Assembly: GCA_951406725.2 (NCBI GenBank) | Contig: OX597814.1 | Coordinates: forward strand, 51,646,001-51,710,000 | Reading direction: 5' to 3' | Length of the DNA: 64,000 bases | From: Octopus vulgaris | Taxonomy: Eukaryota | Shown: piece by piece, positions 1 through 13,115 of the stretch | Layout: the number at the start of each line of letters is the position of its first letter | Numbering within the stretch: position 1 is the first letter of the stretch | Notes under the pieces: model-generated | The model's database searches: none | Seen by the model: the letters and a program-made list of their open reading frames with translations, nothing else | What the model was told of the DNA's origin: nothing | Translations under genes and position numbers: made by a program

Positions 1-380
1 TAATAAGTAGATGAAATTGAGGTACTTGGGTGTTTCTCTATGCTTCGTCAGATATATATATATATATGTTTTACTGATGATACACACACACACACACATA
101 CGTACATTAGAGAAAAACCACTATTATGCAATTCAAACAATGATAGACATAAACCAAATCATAAATAGAAAATAAAATATATTTTATACATATAACTAGA
201 TCACAAAAAGTACAAAAATGAATAAACAATATATAATATATATATAATGTTTATGTGTATCATTGTTTGGATTGCATAATAGTGTTTTTTCTCTAATTTA
301 TATATATTGTATATTTATATTGTGAAATTTGATTTAATACTAAATTGAATTTTTCTCTGTAAGTTTGGAGTTATACTCCC

Positions 381-381
<1 letters not shown>

Positions 382-417
<36 letters not shown>

Positions 418-464
418 TTTTTTTTTTTTTTTATTAATTATTATTATTATTATTATTATTATTA

Positions 465-498
<34 letters not shown>
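382..498. repeat. (TTA)n microsatellite with internal poly-T
   Basis: Directly visible; source of the spurious poly-I/L/N ORFs. Confidence 0.95.
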
Positions 499-503
<5 letters not shown>

Positions 504-1550
504 GGCATAAACTACAGAAAAATGGATACTTTTTAACGAAATTTTCAACAAATAATCTCTTAGATCCCTTAGATTGAGTGCGTGTAAGGATTTGTTGGAA
601 AAAACTTTTTCGACGGGTTGAGGAGAGGGTTTTCGGAAAATCACATGACCCAGCATTTTCCCCCTCATAACTTTCAGGAAAATGGGTATTTTTTAATGAA
701 ATTTTATACAAATACCTTTCAAACGGTGTAGATTACGATTACATAGAAGATTTGTAGGCAAAATGTTTTGGAATGGGGCGGCGGAGGAGTTTCGGTTCAG
801 ACAGCCCACATAAGTTGGTATTTCTCCGTTTTGACGGGGATTTTTTCCAATTTTTTTTTCAGCACCTCAGTCCGGACTAATTTTGACCCTTCCCCCACTT
901 TTTTTTATTCACTACGCACTTAAAACCCGTGAGAGAAATATTTTCGGTTAAAAAAAAAAAGATGTTTATAATTTCAGAGGAAAATGTGTGATTTAAGGGA
1001 GATCTGGCTGTTGTTTCTAGCACATTCAAAGACCCCCCCCACCGCGTTTCTTTCTCACTCTCACATTTACTGATGTTTTTCATTGTTTTTCCGCCATAAA
1101 CACATTTTTTGAAATGATAAAGCCAAAGTAATACACACGTAGTCCATTGCTGAGATATAAACAAAGAGAAAAAAATGGTAATTTAAATTTTTACTCACAC
1201 CTCAACCGAACGAGGATATGTATACATGTGTGTAAGAAAAAAAAAAATATTTTCTAACAATCACTCTGGATAAATCCCAGCAATAATCTTCTCAGGCTCT
1301 CCAATATTTTAGAATTATCGTCATCATCATCAGAGAGAGAGAGAGAGCAATAAGAAAATGGAGGGGATCAATAGGTGGTATTCATCAACTTTTAGACATT
1401 ATATTATGTTAATTTATTTATTTATTTACTAAACTGACAATTACAACAATATACATACATGTATAACATATTATGCTTTACATATATAATATATAAAGAT
1501 ACCAGTAATTATTAAAATATATAACATACAGGAATAGAAATTGGGAAAAT

Positions 1551-1668
1551 ATCTTACAGCTGTTTCAGCCAAGAGGCAAAAATACCTCATTCTACCTTTA
1601 TCCCTCCAGTAGACTGAAGTAATAAGTAGATGAAATTGAGGTACTTGGGTGTTTCTCTATGCTTCGTC

Positions 1669-1674
<6 letters not shown>
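1551..1674 (-). ncRNA. Type-I hammerhead ribozyme candidate with ~97-nt stem II
   Basis: Minus strand: atat-CTGACGA-agc...(aagtacctca/tgaggtattt paired)...gct-GAAA-c-agct-g-TA-agat. GUA site, palindromic stem III loop; 5' stem I partly replaced by (TA)n. Confidence 0.6.
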
Positions 1675-1717
<43 letters not shown>

Positions 1718-3112
1718 TATATCATTCAACCAAGGTAGTGGTTGAATATATTCTTAAGTCAACCATTTTGTCAATCGCAGTAACTTCCAAGCTTCACCAC
1801 TAATTCAGTTCTCAACTAAATTACAAACTGTTTTAAAGAAGACACCTCCTCAGCTACACTTTGGCATAAATAGTTTGAGATTTGGTTCAGTAGAAAAAAA
1901 GTTACAACAAAATATCTGTGACCTCAAGGGGGGATGCAGTAAGACACCTATTCACCTCCAATTAACATAAACTTTTTAATTTTAAAATAAAAATATACTT
2001 TTCTTAGGCTTAAATGATAGTCAAATGTATGAGGAATTCAGAGTCGTTAGTCGCATTGAACAAAAATTAATAGAAGAAAAGTTATGGGGTGAAACGTCAC
2101 AAAATTTCGTGTCAGCAAGTAAAAGAATAAGGGAGTAACGCTTAGCAATAATAATAAAGAATATATTGCTAAAATGAATGTTTATGTTCTAAGGCAGCGA
2201 GCTGGCAGAAGTGTTAGTGGACCAGGCAAATTGTTTAGCGGCATTTCACCTGTGTTTACATTTTAAGTTCAAATTCTGCCAAGGTTGACTTTGCCTTTTA
2301 TCCATTTTGGAACTATGCAATTTGATGTACAGATTATTTAATTAATTTTTTTTTTAACTAAAGACTTTGAAACTTCCGATACTGGTACAATGTGTCACAT
2401 ACAACAGGGTTTACTCTTAATGTTTTTGATAAAATTTTGTATTTTAGAAGTTATTTCGTCACAAGTTACAGAGTGACAATGGACGAATTCGTGGTTGATA
2501 AGTGCCAATACATGAAACTCTCTAACTTCTGTCAATGATATATATGCATATTATACATATATGTGTAAAAAAATCTCATCATGCAATGAAAGAGCCTCTA
2601 CTTGGTTGCTCGACATGCCAGTATTTTATAAGGTAAAATCCTAAATTATTGACACATTAATTATCTTATAACAGCGATGCCTGGAAAAATCATGGATTAC
2701 ACGGAAAAATGCGAGCATGGAAAGTAATATTCTTAAGATTATAAACCTGGAAAAGTACGGGACAAACTATTACTTCAAGTAAAGTAAAGAATAAGAAACT
2801 TTTTACTAAAAATATTGCTGCTAAAATTAAAATTTGAATATTAAAAGATATTTTATTATAGTTTACAAGTAACACTATACTTATTTAAGTAGAATTTGGC
2901 TAATTTACTACCTTAAATTCAGAAAAAAGTGACTAATTAGACAAACTTACAAATTAGCTGAACAGTTTTGTACAATAAATTTAAAAGATGAGAACTGTAA
3001 AGACTAGAAGTAAAAGCTTGTCCTATACTATTACAGGTGTAATAACTTGTCCTGTACTTTTCCAGGTTTATAATCTTAAGAATATTACTTTTCATGCTCG
3101 CATTTTTCCATG

Positions 3113-3156
<44 letters not shown>

Positions 3157-3158
<2 letters not shown>

Positions 3159-4712
3159 CATCCTTGGCTCCAGCTCGTACCTGAGCATTGGGTTTGTCAG
3201 CTTCTATCCAGTTTCCTCAGTAGATGTTTCTGCCAAATGTGACTTTGGGGTCCAAGTCAGTAGTGAAAGAGTTGTGGGCAGAATTTGCATGGGATGGTTG
3301 GTGTGTGTCAAGGATGTTGAAGTCGCTCCTTTCTTCTCCTGTGTTTTATCTCCTTGAAGGAGCTGGTTCCATTGTGGATGGCAGTCCTCCAGGCTGTCCT
3401 ATCCATGGCAATCTGTTCCCATGAAGATGGCTGGATGTTAGTTTGAGCTAGTCTTTAAAACGGAATTTCAGGCCTCCTCTGGATCTTGTTCCAATTGCAA
3501 ATTCTCCATAGAGCATGATCCTTGGGAGACAAGAGGGCCCCATACACTGGATGTGACCTGCCCAGCAGAGCCAATGGCGAAGAATAGTGGCTTTGACACT
3601 TGGTAGTGAGGAGCAGCAAGAACCTCATTGTTAGTAATGTGATCTTCCCATCAAATATTGAGGATCTATCATAGCTTGGATTACTGGAAGCATTCAAGGT
3701 GCTTGAAATTACGGTGGTACAGTGTCCAAGTTTCACAAGCATAGAGAAGAGCTGATAGGACAATGACACAGAAGACCATGATCTTTGTCCAGATGGTTAG
3801 CACATAATTGAAGAATACACTGCTGAGTCTACCGAAGGTAGAGTGGACCACACTGATCCGGTTCTCCAAGTCCTTTTTACATGTGGGTGTCTTCGAAAGA
3901 ATACTCCCAAGGTTTAAGAAGTGTTCAACTTCTTCTAGAGGTTGGCTGTTGATGCTAATGTTTGTGGGTGGACTGTTTTGGCTTGGTGCAGGTTGGATCA
4001 GGGTCTTGGTCTTTAATATGTTTACCTGCATCCCGAAGCATTCACAAGTCGCATTGTAAAGATTGGCTGGTCTTTGTAGGCCATCTATGGTCCAGTTTGG
4101 GGTGTCATTATCGTTGGCATACTGCATCTCTCAAACTGAGAAGGCGGAGGTCCTCATCTTTGCACAGAAATGTGCAAGATTGAAGAGTCCACCATCCAAG
4201 CGATAGTGCATGTTGATGAAAGGTGAATCCAGTGGAATTTCATTAAGCATGGTGGCTATGTATGAAGAGAGACAGGTTGGTACCAGGATGCATCCTTGCT
4301 TAAGATCCCCAGTGATGGGAAACGGGTCTATGAGGGCATTTTGATGGCATACTCTACCCACCATGCTGTCATGAAGGGAGCAAACCAGGGCAATGAAGTC
4401 CTCCAGACATTGAAACCGAGCAAAGATGGGGGACCTTGTCAAAGGCTTTCTTTAGATCCCAGAAGAGGAACATTGCAGGCTGTTGTTGTTCTTGACACTT
4501 CTCCTGAAGTTGGCAGGCACAAAAGATCATGTTGATTGTGCCTTGAGTCAAAAGCCACACTGGGACTCAGGGAGGATGTCTTCCATGAGGATGAGGAGGC
4601 AATTGAGTAGGATACGGGCAAAGATCTTGCTTGCAATACTCAGGAGTGAGATGCTCCGATAGTTGTTGCAATCTTCTAGGTCTCCCTTCTTGTAGATGGT
4701 AATGATAGTTTA
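3157..4712 (-). mobile_element. Decayed RTE (BovB-like) LINE, RT domain to C-terminus
   Basis: Broken ORFs read TINMIFCACQLQEKCQEQQQP, DLKKAFD, GDLKQGCILVPT, QYAND (from YADD), LEEVEHFLNLGSILS and LLYACETWTLY; frameshifts and stops throughout. Confidence 0.85.
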
Positions 4713-4734
4713 AACCTTTTGATAGCAACCTACC

Positions 4735-5790
4735 TGTGGCTGCCTGATGCCTGTATCCAACGGGCCACTGAAGAGATATGCAATATTTGGTTCAATGACA
4801 ATGTATTGCTACAGGCCACCTTACCTATCAAATATGGTGGCCTCAGCTTTTGATCTCCAGTTTCAGTGGCCCTGCCAGCTTTTCTCTCATCAGTGACTTC
4901 TTCTGTGTCTTCATTGACAAGGTGTTCCACAACACTGCTGAACCAACTGTGATTGGGATGCATAAAGTGGCCCACATGACATGGAGCCAACTCAGCCAGA
5001 ACCCTGCTGATGTCCATCCCCGCTCTTCTGTGGACACCTGGTCCACTCAAAAGAAATGAGATGTCATCCAGTGTAGCATGTTTACAGATGAGTTAGTGCA
5101 CTGACTTGACCAGTACCATTTGGCATGATTCTGTTCAGCTTCTGAATCTCATGTCACTGTTTGGCTCAATGCAGTGCTGACACTTAGCTTGATAGAGGCT
5201 GTCTGTGAATCAGTATTTCCCTGAGGCTTGGTCTTCAGATCTGAGAGCCTCATGAATGCCCCTGTTGATTTACTGTGGATTATTTTGGGCCTCACCCATT
5301 ATTATGCTGTCATAGCACAAGCCACCTTTCATGCCAGGCAACCATTATCAAAATCATAAAGCATGGCCTAGATGCTGGGTTTCCCTTACCAGCTCGAGCC
5401 AGCAAGGCTAGACTGAGGGGCTGATAAAAGGTCTGACGTTATGACAATTTCGTTATTGCATGGCAGTAGGCCCCTCATCTGGGATGTCACAGGCTGTGAC
5501 ACCTTCTCCAGCTGCAACCCGTATGACTTCAGTTACCAGCCCAGGATCTGTTGCTTGTCAGGCTGAGAAAAGCAAACTGTCAAAGTATCAGTCACTTGCT
5601 CTCCGACAGGTTTATGGTTGAGCCTGTGGCAGTGGAAACCTCCAGCATTCTTGGCATCCAAACCGTATCCCTGCTCACGATTATCAGGGCAAAGATGCCT
5701 ATCCACAATTGCGAGTCAGTGTGGCTGTTCTGGTGCATCTCTATCTCCATCCTCTGGGGAAACACTTTTTCTATCTTCTGGTCTGAATTA
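4735..5790 (+). mobile_element. CRE-like non-LTR retrotransposon, 3' part with restriction-like endonuclease
   Basis: Fragments resemble KRPD..., LIWDVT.CDTF, AEKSKLSKYQSL and DRFMVEPVAVETSSILG...ISISILWGNTFSI; homologous to 33460-34380 and 58085-59632. Confidence 0.7.
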
Positions 5791-6212
5791 CAGGAAATTG
5801 TACTTTCCACTCCTTAATGTAAAATTACTCCTGATATTTTGATCTAACTCTACATCATGATAATAATTGTTTGCTAAAGTTACCCTTTAGTAATTAAGTA
5901 TTCCTCATAATTTTATAATTGAGAAATTTCTGTTCTAAACATTTATTTAACATAGAAATAAATGTAAAAGTGTTTTACTACTTACAACCAAATTCTTTGT
6001 TATTTTCAAAATTAACAAAAACCACTTAGGCAGTGAATTTCATTTGAAATATGATCATGAAAGAATTAAAGAGTTAACAAAGTTGTTTTGATTTTTTTTC
6101 ATCGTTCAGCCAATTTTTATTCCTATCACTTTAATCTCTCCCCACGTTTTTTTTAAACTAAAATAACTGAACTTTATTGTAACTTAAACTTATCTTTTGT
6201 TTTGTTTTATAG

Positions 6213-6366
6213 TTCCTGGAGATGGAGGCAGCCAGCTTTCTGCAAAGTTGAACAAAAGCCTAAGTCCTTTTGCCTACTGCGAGACAAAAACTAATTATTA
6301 TTACACATTATGGTTGGATCTTACTCAGATCTCAATTGCTCAGTGTTGTTTTGTTGATAACATGAG
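6213..6366 (+). CDS. PLA2G15: Lysosomal phospholipase A2 (group XV PLA2, LCAT family), first visible coding exon (equivalent to exon 2)
   Basis: Acceptor ttttatag at 6211-6212, donor gtaata at 6367. Translates (V)PGDGGSQLSAKLNKSLSPFAYCETKTNYYYTLWLDLTQISIAQCCFVDNMR, matching the family N-terminus VPGDxGxQLxAKL and the lid cysteines. Confidence 0.93.
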
Positions 6367-8269
6367 GTAATACTATTTAATCATCATTATCATCATTTAA
6401 CATCCTTTTTTAATCTCTCTAAATACATGTTTGTATTTCTTGTGAGTGAATGTGTGTGTGTTGATAATTCCAGTTAAAGCATTTCAGTTCATATTGTAAT
6501 TATACTGTAGCCTCATTAATATGATGATTGCAGTATGGCCCTAATGTGATATATAATATGTATTCCTTTCTTTAAAGTCTTTCATAAAGAATTGTTTTTG
6601 TCCAATAATTGCAATCTTTATTTTACATAGTACTTTCTAGTATTTATTACCACTAACGGATGAATAAGTGACTATTTCTAGACCTAGTAGCAATTGAGTT
6701 GTTGAAATACTTGTCCATTGACCTAAAGGTCATGAGGTGAAAACAGTAGATGGGTTGAAGTTATAATATCGATGAAACTGAAGACAGTTCTTGTTTAATC
6801 TTAGACCAACCCACATCTGACCTATGAGGACATTGAAACGGAACCATCTGCTTTCTCACTCGATAATATTGTTGCAGGATATTTGACATCGCCTGAAACA
6901 AAAGATCCAGCTGATCAGTTTCTTGAAAAAAAATCAGAGTAACTTTGCATCAATTTATTCTTTGAAACACAACATTTATATTCTTTGTTACTGAGTGGTA
7001 CAGTTAAAAAAGACTGTTATTTCTGGCAAAATGTTGATAAATAATTTTCAGTCAAAGGTTTCCAGATAAACAATGCTCTTTGCTTTTCCACCTTGAGCAC
7101 TGACAAAGATTGTCTTGTTTCCAAAATGTAAATATCCAACATATAACTATCTATAAGAGAAATAGAATCTTTCCAACTATCATCCAGCTACCTTCAATAA
7201 ATGCATAAGCTTTACAATGTCCGTCAACAAATCACAAATCCTAAAGAATCTGTTGATGGACATTATAGGTTTCAGGGCATCTTTTGAAATGCTAAATCAG
7301 TAGGTCGTTATTACAGTGGTAAATATCTTTGTGTAATGAAACATTTATTAATAAAAGGTCATTAAACAAAAATATTATTAGATGTTGCTTTGTGATTTGT
7401 AGGAAAACATGAAGTTTTTAACCCAAAATTATATACATAAGAACAAAACCATTTTAATGTGAAATATGTGAGATATATTCTTAAAATTTTAATCTTGTTG
7501 TCCACCTACATTTCACTGGAATTACATATGTACACTATCATTGTGAAATATGAGGCAAAGTTGTTATTTTTTTGTTGTTGTTGTTAATAATAGTAATTTA
7601 AACACAATAAACAAATATTGACTAGAGAAAAATTCTTGTTGCAGTTGGTTAGGTGGAAAATTTTTTGTCAATAGTTGTGATTGAGAGAGAGAGAGAAAGT
7701 GAGTGCCCAAGAAAAAGGGAAATAATTAGAAAAAGTACTGGCTTACAATGTGTTGGATTTTATAAGAATTAAAAATATTATGGAATTTAATTCAGTCTTA
7801 ATAACTATCACATGATGTTGAGGCAAGGAGATGCACAATGAGAGAGACAGACAGACAGACATCAGGCTTTTTCAATGCCTGTCTACCAGATCAACTTGCA
7901 AGGTTTTGGTTGGTCTGGTTCTATAGTTGCTTGCCCAAGGTGTCAAGGGTTAGGGTTATGTAAATTTCCCTGGGTAAAGTTTAAGTATTATTTGTTAATT
8001 TCTAATTTAAAATTTAACAAAGTCTAGGCAAGTAAATCAATATAATCTGTTTCCTGTTATAAATTCCTTCTTATACAATAGAATATTATACATTTAATTT
8101 TGTTTTATTTTCAACAAAGAAACTGATGTTACGGCAAGATTAAACGAAGAAAAAATTTAAAATAGAAATCCGAACTCGTAAATCAAAATTTGAACAAAAT
8201 TGAAATTTTAATTTTTTTCTCTTTTTTGTTTTGTTTACCAAGGTTGATTTAGCTTGATAATTTTTTTTT

Positions 8270-8620
8270 TATGTGTTTTGGTCATTAAACTGCTTGAAGA
8301 ACTTTAGTTGAATGAATCAACTCCAGTGCTTATCTTTTTAAACCTGGTACTTATCCTATTGGTCTCTTTTGATGAACCAATAAGTTACAGGGGCATAATC
8401 ACATTGACATTGGTTGTCAAGCAGTAATGGGAACAAACAAACACACACACACATGATAGGCTTCTTTCAGTTTTTGTTTACTGAATCCATTCACAAAGTT
8501 TTGGTCAGCCTGAGTCTGTGGTAGAAGACACTTGCCCAAGGTATTATGCAGTGGGACTGAATCCAGGAACCATGTGTCTGAGAAGCAAATTTCTTACCAC
8601 ACAGTCATGTCCATACCTAT
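8270..8620 (-). mobile_element. Main-family SINE in a PLA2G15 intron
   Basis: gtagaagacacttgcccaagg...gggactgaatccaggaaccatgtg; decayed. Confidence 0.75.
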
Positions 8621-9350
8621 ATATTTAATTACAAATTCTATACTTTTAATGACTGTCATTTTAAACATCCTGGTGTTGAATTACAAACTGGAAGTGGATT
8701 TATGTTGATACATTTTGAACAAATATTTTATATTTTTATTGGGCCATTCACAACTTAGCGTATTTCCCGACTCAAATCCCTTTACCACCACATCACATAC
8801 ATCTTTTTCCTCCTCCCTTGTATCCTCATACTCAATCTTCATGACCTCTTTCTCTTCATTATTCTTAGGTCTTCCCTTCAACCAATACACTCTTTCCAAC
8901 ATATCCTCTTACCTTTATTTCACTATCTACCCTACACATCTAGGATGCCCTTTAACCTTTCTTTCTCTCACTCTACTCACATCCACCCCACCTTCTCTCT
9001 CTCACCATCCTTTCTCCTCTGGGGTGTTTGGGCAGCATTTACATTCTGCTCTATCCCTTCTCACTAACTCTATGCTACCATTGAACCTCTCTTTCCCTCA
9101 TTGCTCTCACCACTGCTCTAGTTCCTCATTCTCTGTGTTTTTCTCTCACTGGCCTTTCCCTTCAACATCCCCCATTAGTTTCCCCTCCTTCTTTGGCCTA
9201 CCTTCATGACCTCCCCTACCAACTTTCTGTCCATTAATGACTCTCACTTGCCACGCTAGTCTATTGCAAGTGTCTTCTGTCAAAGCCTCAGTTTGGCTCA
9301 GTTTAGTGAGTCAGATTTTGTAGATGGATATGGCAGTGAAGCTCATTTAA

Positions 9351-9384
<34 letters not shown>

Positions 9385-10020
9385 TCAGAAGGGTCATTAT
9401 GGCCTGAGTCCTTATTCAGAGTTACTTACCTCTATATGGTTGAAGACCCAAGTCACATTCATGTTTCATTTTATGTATAATTTCTATAGCTAGATGCCCT
9501 TCTTAATACCAACGACTTTACTGAGTATACTGGTTTCATTTTACTGTGGCAGCAATAGTGTGTGTTGTGTGTGTGTGTTTGTGGTGTGTGGTTTTTATAA
9601 TGTAAATCAATGTAAAATCTGTGCATGGAACAAAAATGCCATTTGATATTTTGGTATTGAGTTATGTCTCTGAGTCAAAATATAAAGTTAACCATTCAAT
9701 AGAGATTGATAAAAATATGTATCAAAATTCTGTGAGTCAGTTATAATCATATATACAGCTACTGTCCAATGACTGAAACTAGTAAAAGAAAGAAGTAGTA
9801 TTCAGTTAATTTCATTGAAGTTATGCACATTTTAATGTACTTTTCTTAGAGGCAATAAACAATGCCAATTTTGGTAGATTTTATCAACCGTACCAAAAAC
9901 TCTGTGTTTTAGTTTGTACTAGCTTGTCTTTATGAAAGATCTAAAACTGAATTTGTTATGATTTAGGTTTATATTTTCTTTCCTGTAACGTTTTACTATT
10001 CTCATTCTTTTAACTCTCAG

Positions 10021-10139
10021 ATTAATATATGATCCCAAAACTCGAAAAACATTTGACTCACCTGGTGTTCATGTAAAAGTTCCTGGCTTTGGTAAAACTG
10101 AAACAATAGAGTTTTTGGACCCTTGGAGAGAACGTTTTA
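10021..10139 (+). CDS. PLA2G15: PLA2G15-like coding exon (exon 3 equivalent)
   Basis: Polypyrimidine tract and cag end at 10020; gtgagt donor at 10140. Translates LIYDPKTRKTFDSPGVHVKVPGFGKTETIEFLDPWRERF (VPGFG...EFLDP motif); frame continuous with the neighbouring exons. Confidence 0.93.
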
Positions 10140-10525
10140 GTGAGTATTGTTTGTTTTTTACCTCAAAACTTTTTGACTTTGATTTTCATTGTAGAATACA
10201 TGGCCATAAAACAAAAACTACAGAAGCCAAAAAGAGAACTTTTATGTATCCACTTGGTCAGCTCAGTGTAGCAACTGAGTATTCCCTAAATAAATCCTAC
10301 CATGTTTTAAATGGAGATTACGTGTTCCCAGTATGAAATCTTATAACAAGCTCTCTGAGACAAGATGGTCACATTTTGAATAATAGTCAATAGATTTTTG
10401 ATTTGGTGTTTTATTTGTGTTATATGTATCCATGTAAACAGAGTTAACTGGTGTTGTTTATCAACTGCAATATTATAGTATGGTTTACTTACAATCTTTG
10501 AGCTTGTTATCTATTTTATGTTTAA

Positions 10526-10746
10526 CCCTTTAGCATTTAAACCGGCCATATCCGGCCAAAAGTATTCTGCCTGTTTTATGTTCAAACTGGCCAGATCTGG
10601 TCTCTCACACCAACCCTACAATATCGTTTTAAAAATTAACAGCTACCTCATCAAAATCTCATAGCACCAAGATAATGCCTGATTAGTTCAAGACAATTTG
10701 GATAAAAAAGGATTAGTTTTGGCAGAATAATGCGAACACTAAAGGG
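10526..10746 (+). mobile_element. piggyBac-type MITE
   Basis: Ends are TTAA-CCCTTTAG and CTAAAGGG-TTAA; TTAA duplication at 10522-10525 and 10747-10750. Confidence 0.8.
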
Positions 10747-11089
10747 TTAAACATTGTAAATCTCCAACTGGCTCACATCCTCACATACACACTTTGTGCA
10801 AAAGTCACTGCAAACCAACATAAACACTGGCTTTGACAATATCCTTTTCTATACCCTCAAACATACTAGCACTCATACTCAGAAAACACTTCAACCCTTC
10901 CATTTCTACAGGAACATAACCTAATCTTTTGAAACACACTACACTGTGTCTTATTTCCAAGAAAGGTAATTTCTCTCATTCTGCCTTTTGTTGTCCAATC
11001 TTACTCACTTTCAATGATGTTCTTCAGCACCTTAAATCTCTCACTCCTTAACAACCAGAATACAACTTCCAACAAGACAGATACACTGG

Positions 11090-11378
11090 AGACCTAATCA
11101 CACACCTGCCAGTAGGCTCTCTCCTTAGAGAAATTTGGTGAGAGCAATATTGTTGCCCTATACATCATGAAGTTCTCAGTGATGTTTAGTATATGAACCT
11201 CCTATCAAAATTGCCTGCCTATGGACTCCATCCATCTCTCATGTCTTTGATTGTTGGTTTCCTATCTGATTGCACTATTGCAGCTTGTGTTGATAAAGAT
11301 TTTTGCACCCGACTCTCAATGAACTCTAATGTACCTCAGGCTTCAGTTTTGTCCTCTATTTTCTTCCTTCTACATTGA
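11090..11378 (+). mobile_element. Non-RTE (CR1/Jockey-type) LINE RT fragment
   Basis: LLSKLPAYGLHPSLMSLIVGFLSD...NSNVPQASVLSSIFFLLH resembles the GVPQGSVLSP RT motif. Confidence 0.6.
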
Positions 11379-12211
11379 ACAAGTTACTTGCCATCACATC
11401 CCAAAATTCTACAAAGTCCAGATACAGCAAGTAAAAGCAAAAAATAATCCATACACATTAAGGTTAATCATACTGACTTCTGTACCTTGCTGTTCAATTA
11501 CTGCAATTTAAACAGATTCCAGCCAATGAAGAAGCCCTGCTGAAAATATTAGCCAAATTTTTTCAAATTACACTTTATCATCATAAAACAGGTAGAGCAC
11601 AATAAATAATGTGATCCTAATTACATAAATAGATGGGATGCTCAAGTCTGGATTGCTTTTGATCATAGACCTTGTTGATCACACCAGACTGGAACTTACC
11701 AGCAATAGGTTCCAATGCTGTAATATTAATTTTTAAACACTGCTTTTTCATAAAATTGAAAACATTCTTTCTGTAATAGAAAGGTATGTATCCATATGTA
11801 TTTTGAAAAATAGATTGTCTGATCCATTCAGCTATTAATCAAAATTTTACTTAACCCAAACAACGAGCTTCAAAATTGATAATATCAAATGCTGAAAGTA
11901 AATTTAAAGATTTTACACAGTCTTTAGATTTGCTTGAATCCAAATCATCTATTGATTCCTTCCAATATTTTTTTAAACTTTGGACAGACCTTGTAATAAT
12001 AAAACACTTGTTTTTCTGCCTAAATGTGATGACATATTTAGATGTCAGTCATCTGTCCTCAAGTCATCCCTCAGACATTTGTAAAAAGGAAAGGTTTTCT
12101 TTTACATACATAAAGTATTTGTAAACCATGTCAAGCTATTTATTTGTTTTCCACAAAAATAACAATAAATTTTTTGGAATAAAACTGCAACTCATTTTGT
12201 TAATTTCACAG

Positions 12212-12310
12212 CCAGCTACTACTACTATATTGTGGAACGACTTGTAAAACTGGGATTGACTAAAAATATTTCTATCCGAGGAGCACCTTATGATTTCAGA
12301 CGTTCTCCAA
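12212..12310 (+). CDS. PLA2G15: PLA2G15-like coding exon (exon 4 equivalent)
   Basis: ttcacag acceptor, gtaagc donor. Translates TSYYYYIVERLVKLGLTKNISIRGAPYDFRRSP (GAPYDxRR motif). Confidence 0.94.
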
Positions 12311-13115
12311 GTAAGCCTGCTTTTTCTCTTTGTTGTGTTTTCCAGAAAAATATACTATTACATTATCTAAGGAAAGTTATTCTATACATTATTATATTGC
12401 TTATAATGCAGGTATTTTTTTTATTTCTTTCATATCACTTTATATGAACAATAGTGGTGCCATTGATTACAGGTTTCAAGTTGGCTCTGCATTTCTAACA
12501 GTGAGAGTGACATGCTTGTATCTAATTTGGTATAGAACAAATATTGCAAGACATTTCTTTAATTTAAAGGACTAGTTTGTTTGTTTGTTTGTTTTATTGT
12601 TTTCTCACTTTATATGGTACAACATTTTTTTTTGTTTTTGTTATCCACTTTCTCTTTATCTTTCTGTTTTGCTCACCTTGCACATTCAACAGATCAAATG
12701 TAACTCCTTCCTCTTCAAGTCTTTGTAGATTCTCTCTATTCATTACCACATTTCTTACATAATCTTCAAAATCTTTAAGTGGTGCTGATTCTGTTATTTT
12801 AATTTAATTTTATTTTATTTATAAATAAAAATGACTGAAGTCACTAATGTCTTTTGCTAACAAATAAAAAGTAATGATGCTAGTTCAGTTTTCTGTTTCC
12901 TTCTGAATTTTGAAAATGATAATTTTATTAAAAAGATGTTGAAACACAAGGTTGATATAAAATCCTTTAAATTTTCAAGCAAGCTTTACATTTATTGTTA
13001 ATATTCTCTCCACTTCTCTCTCTCTCTCTCTTTTCACCCTTCTTTCTCCTCATACATACACACTCACATATGTATCACTATCTAAAAATAATTTTTTTTT
13101 TGTTTTTTTGTTTAG

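Noticed and set aside
74-80. Isolated CTGANGA heptamers (also at about 4769, 21070, 33321, 34435 and 61738)
   Set aside because: No correctly placed GAAA, NUH site or pairing stems.
340-711. ORFs with poly-Ile/Leu/Asn, and the many HT/YI/VC/poly-D ORFs elsewhere
   Set aside because: Translations of microsatellites.
1700-6200. Search for PLA2G15 exon 1 (signal peptide, phase-1 donor)
   Set aside because: No suitable exon found; the region is mostly repeats, so exon 1 is presumed upstream of the window.
8715-9209. 164-aa Ser/Phe/Pro-rich ORF in a PLA2G15 intron (similar ORFs near 14.8, 43.5, 48.4 and 62 kb)
   Set aside because: Stop-poor pyrimidine/purine-skewed low-complexity tracts with no domain signature.
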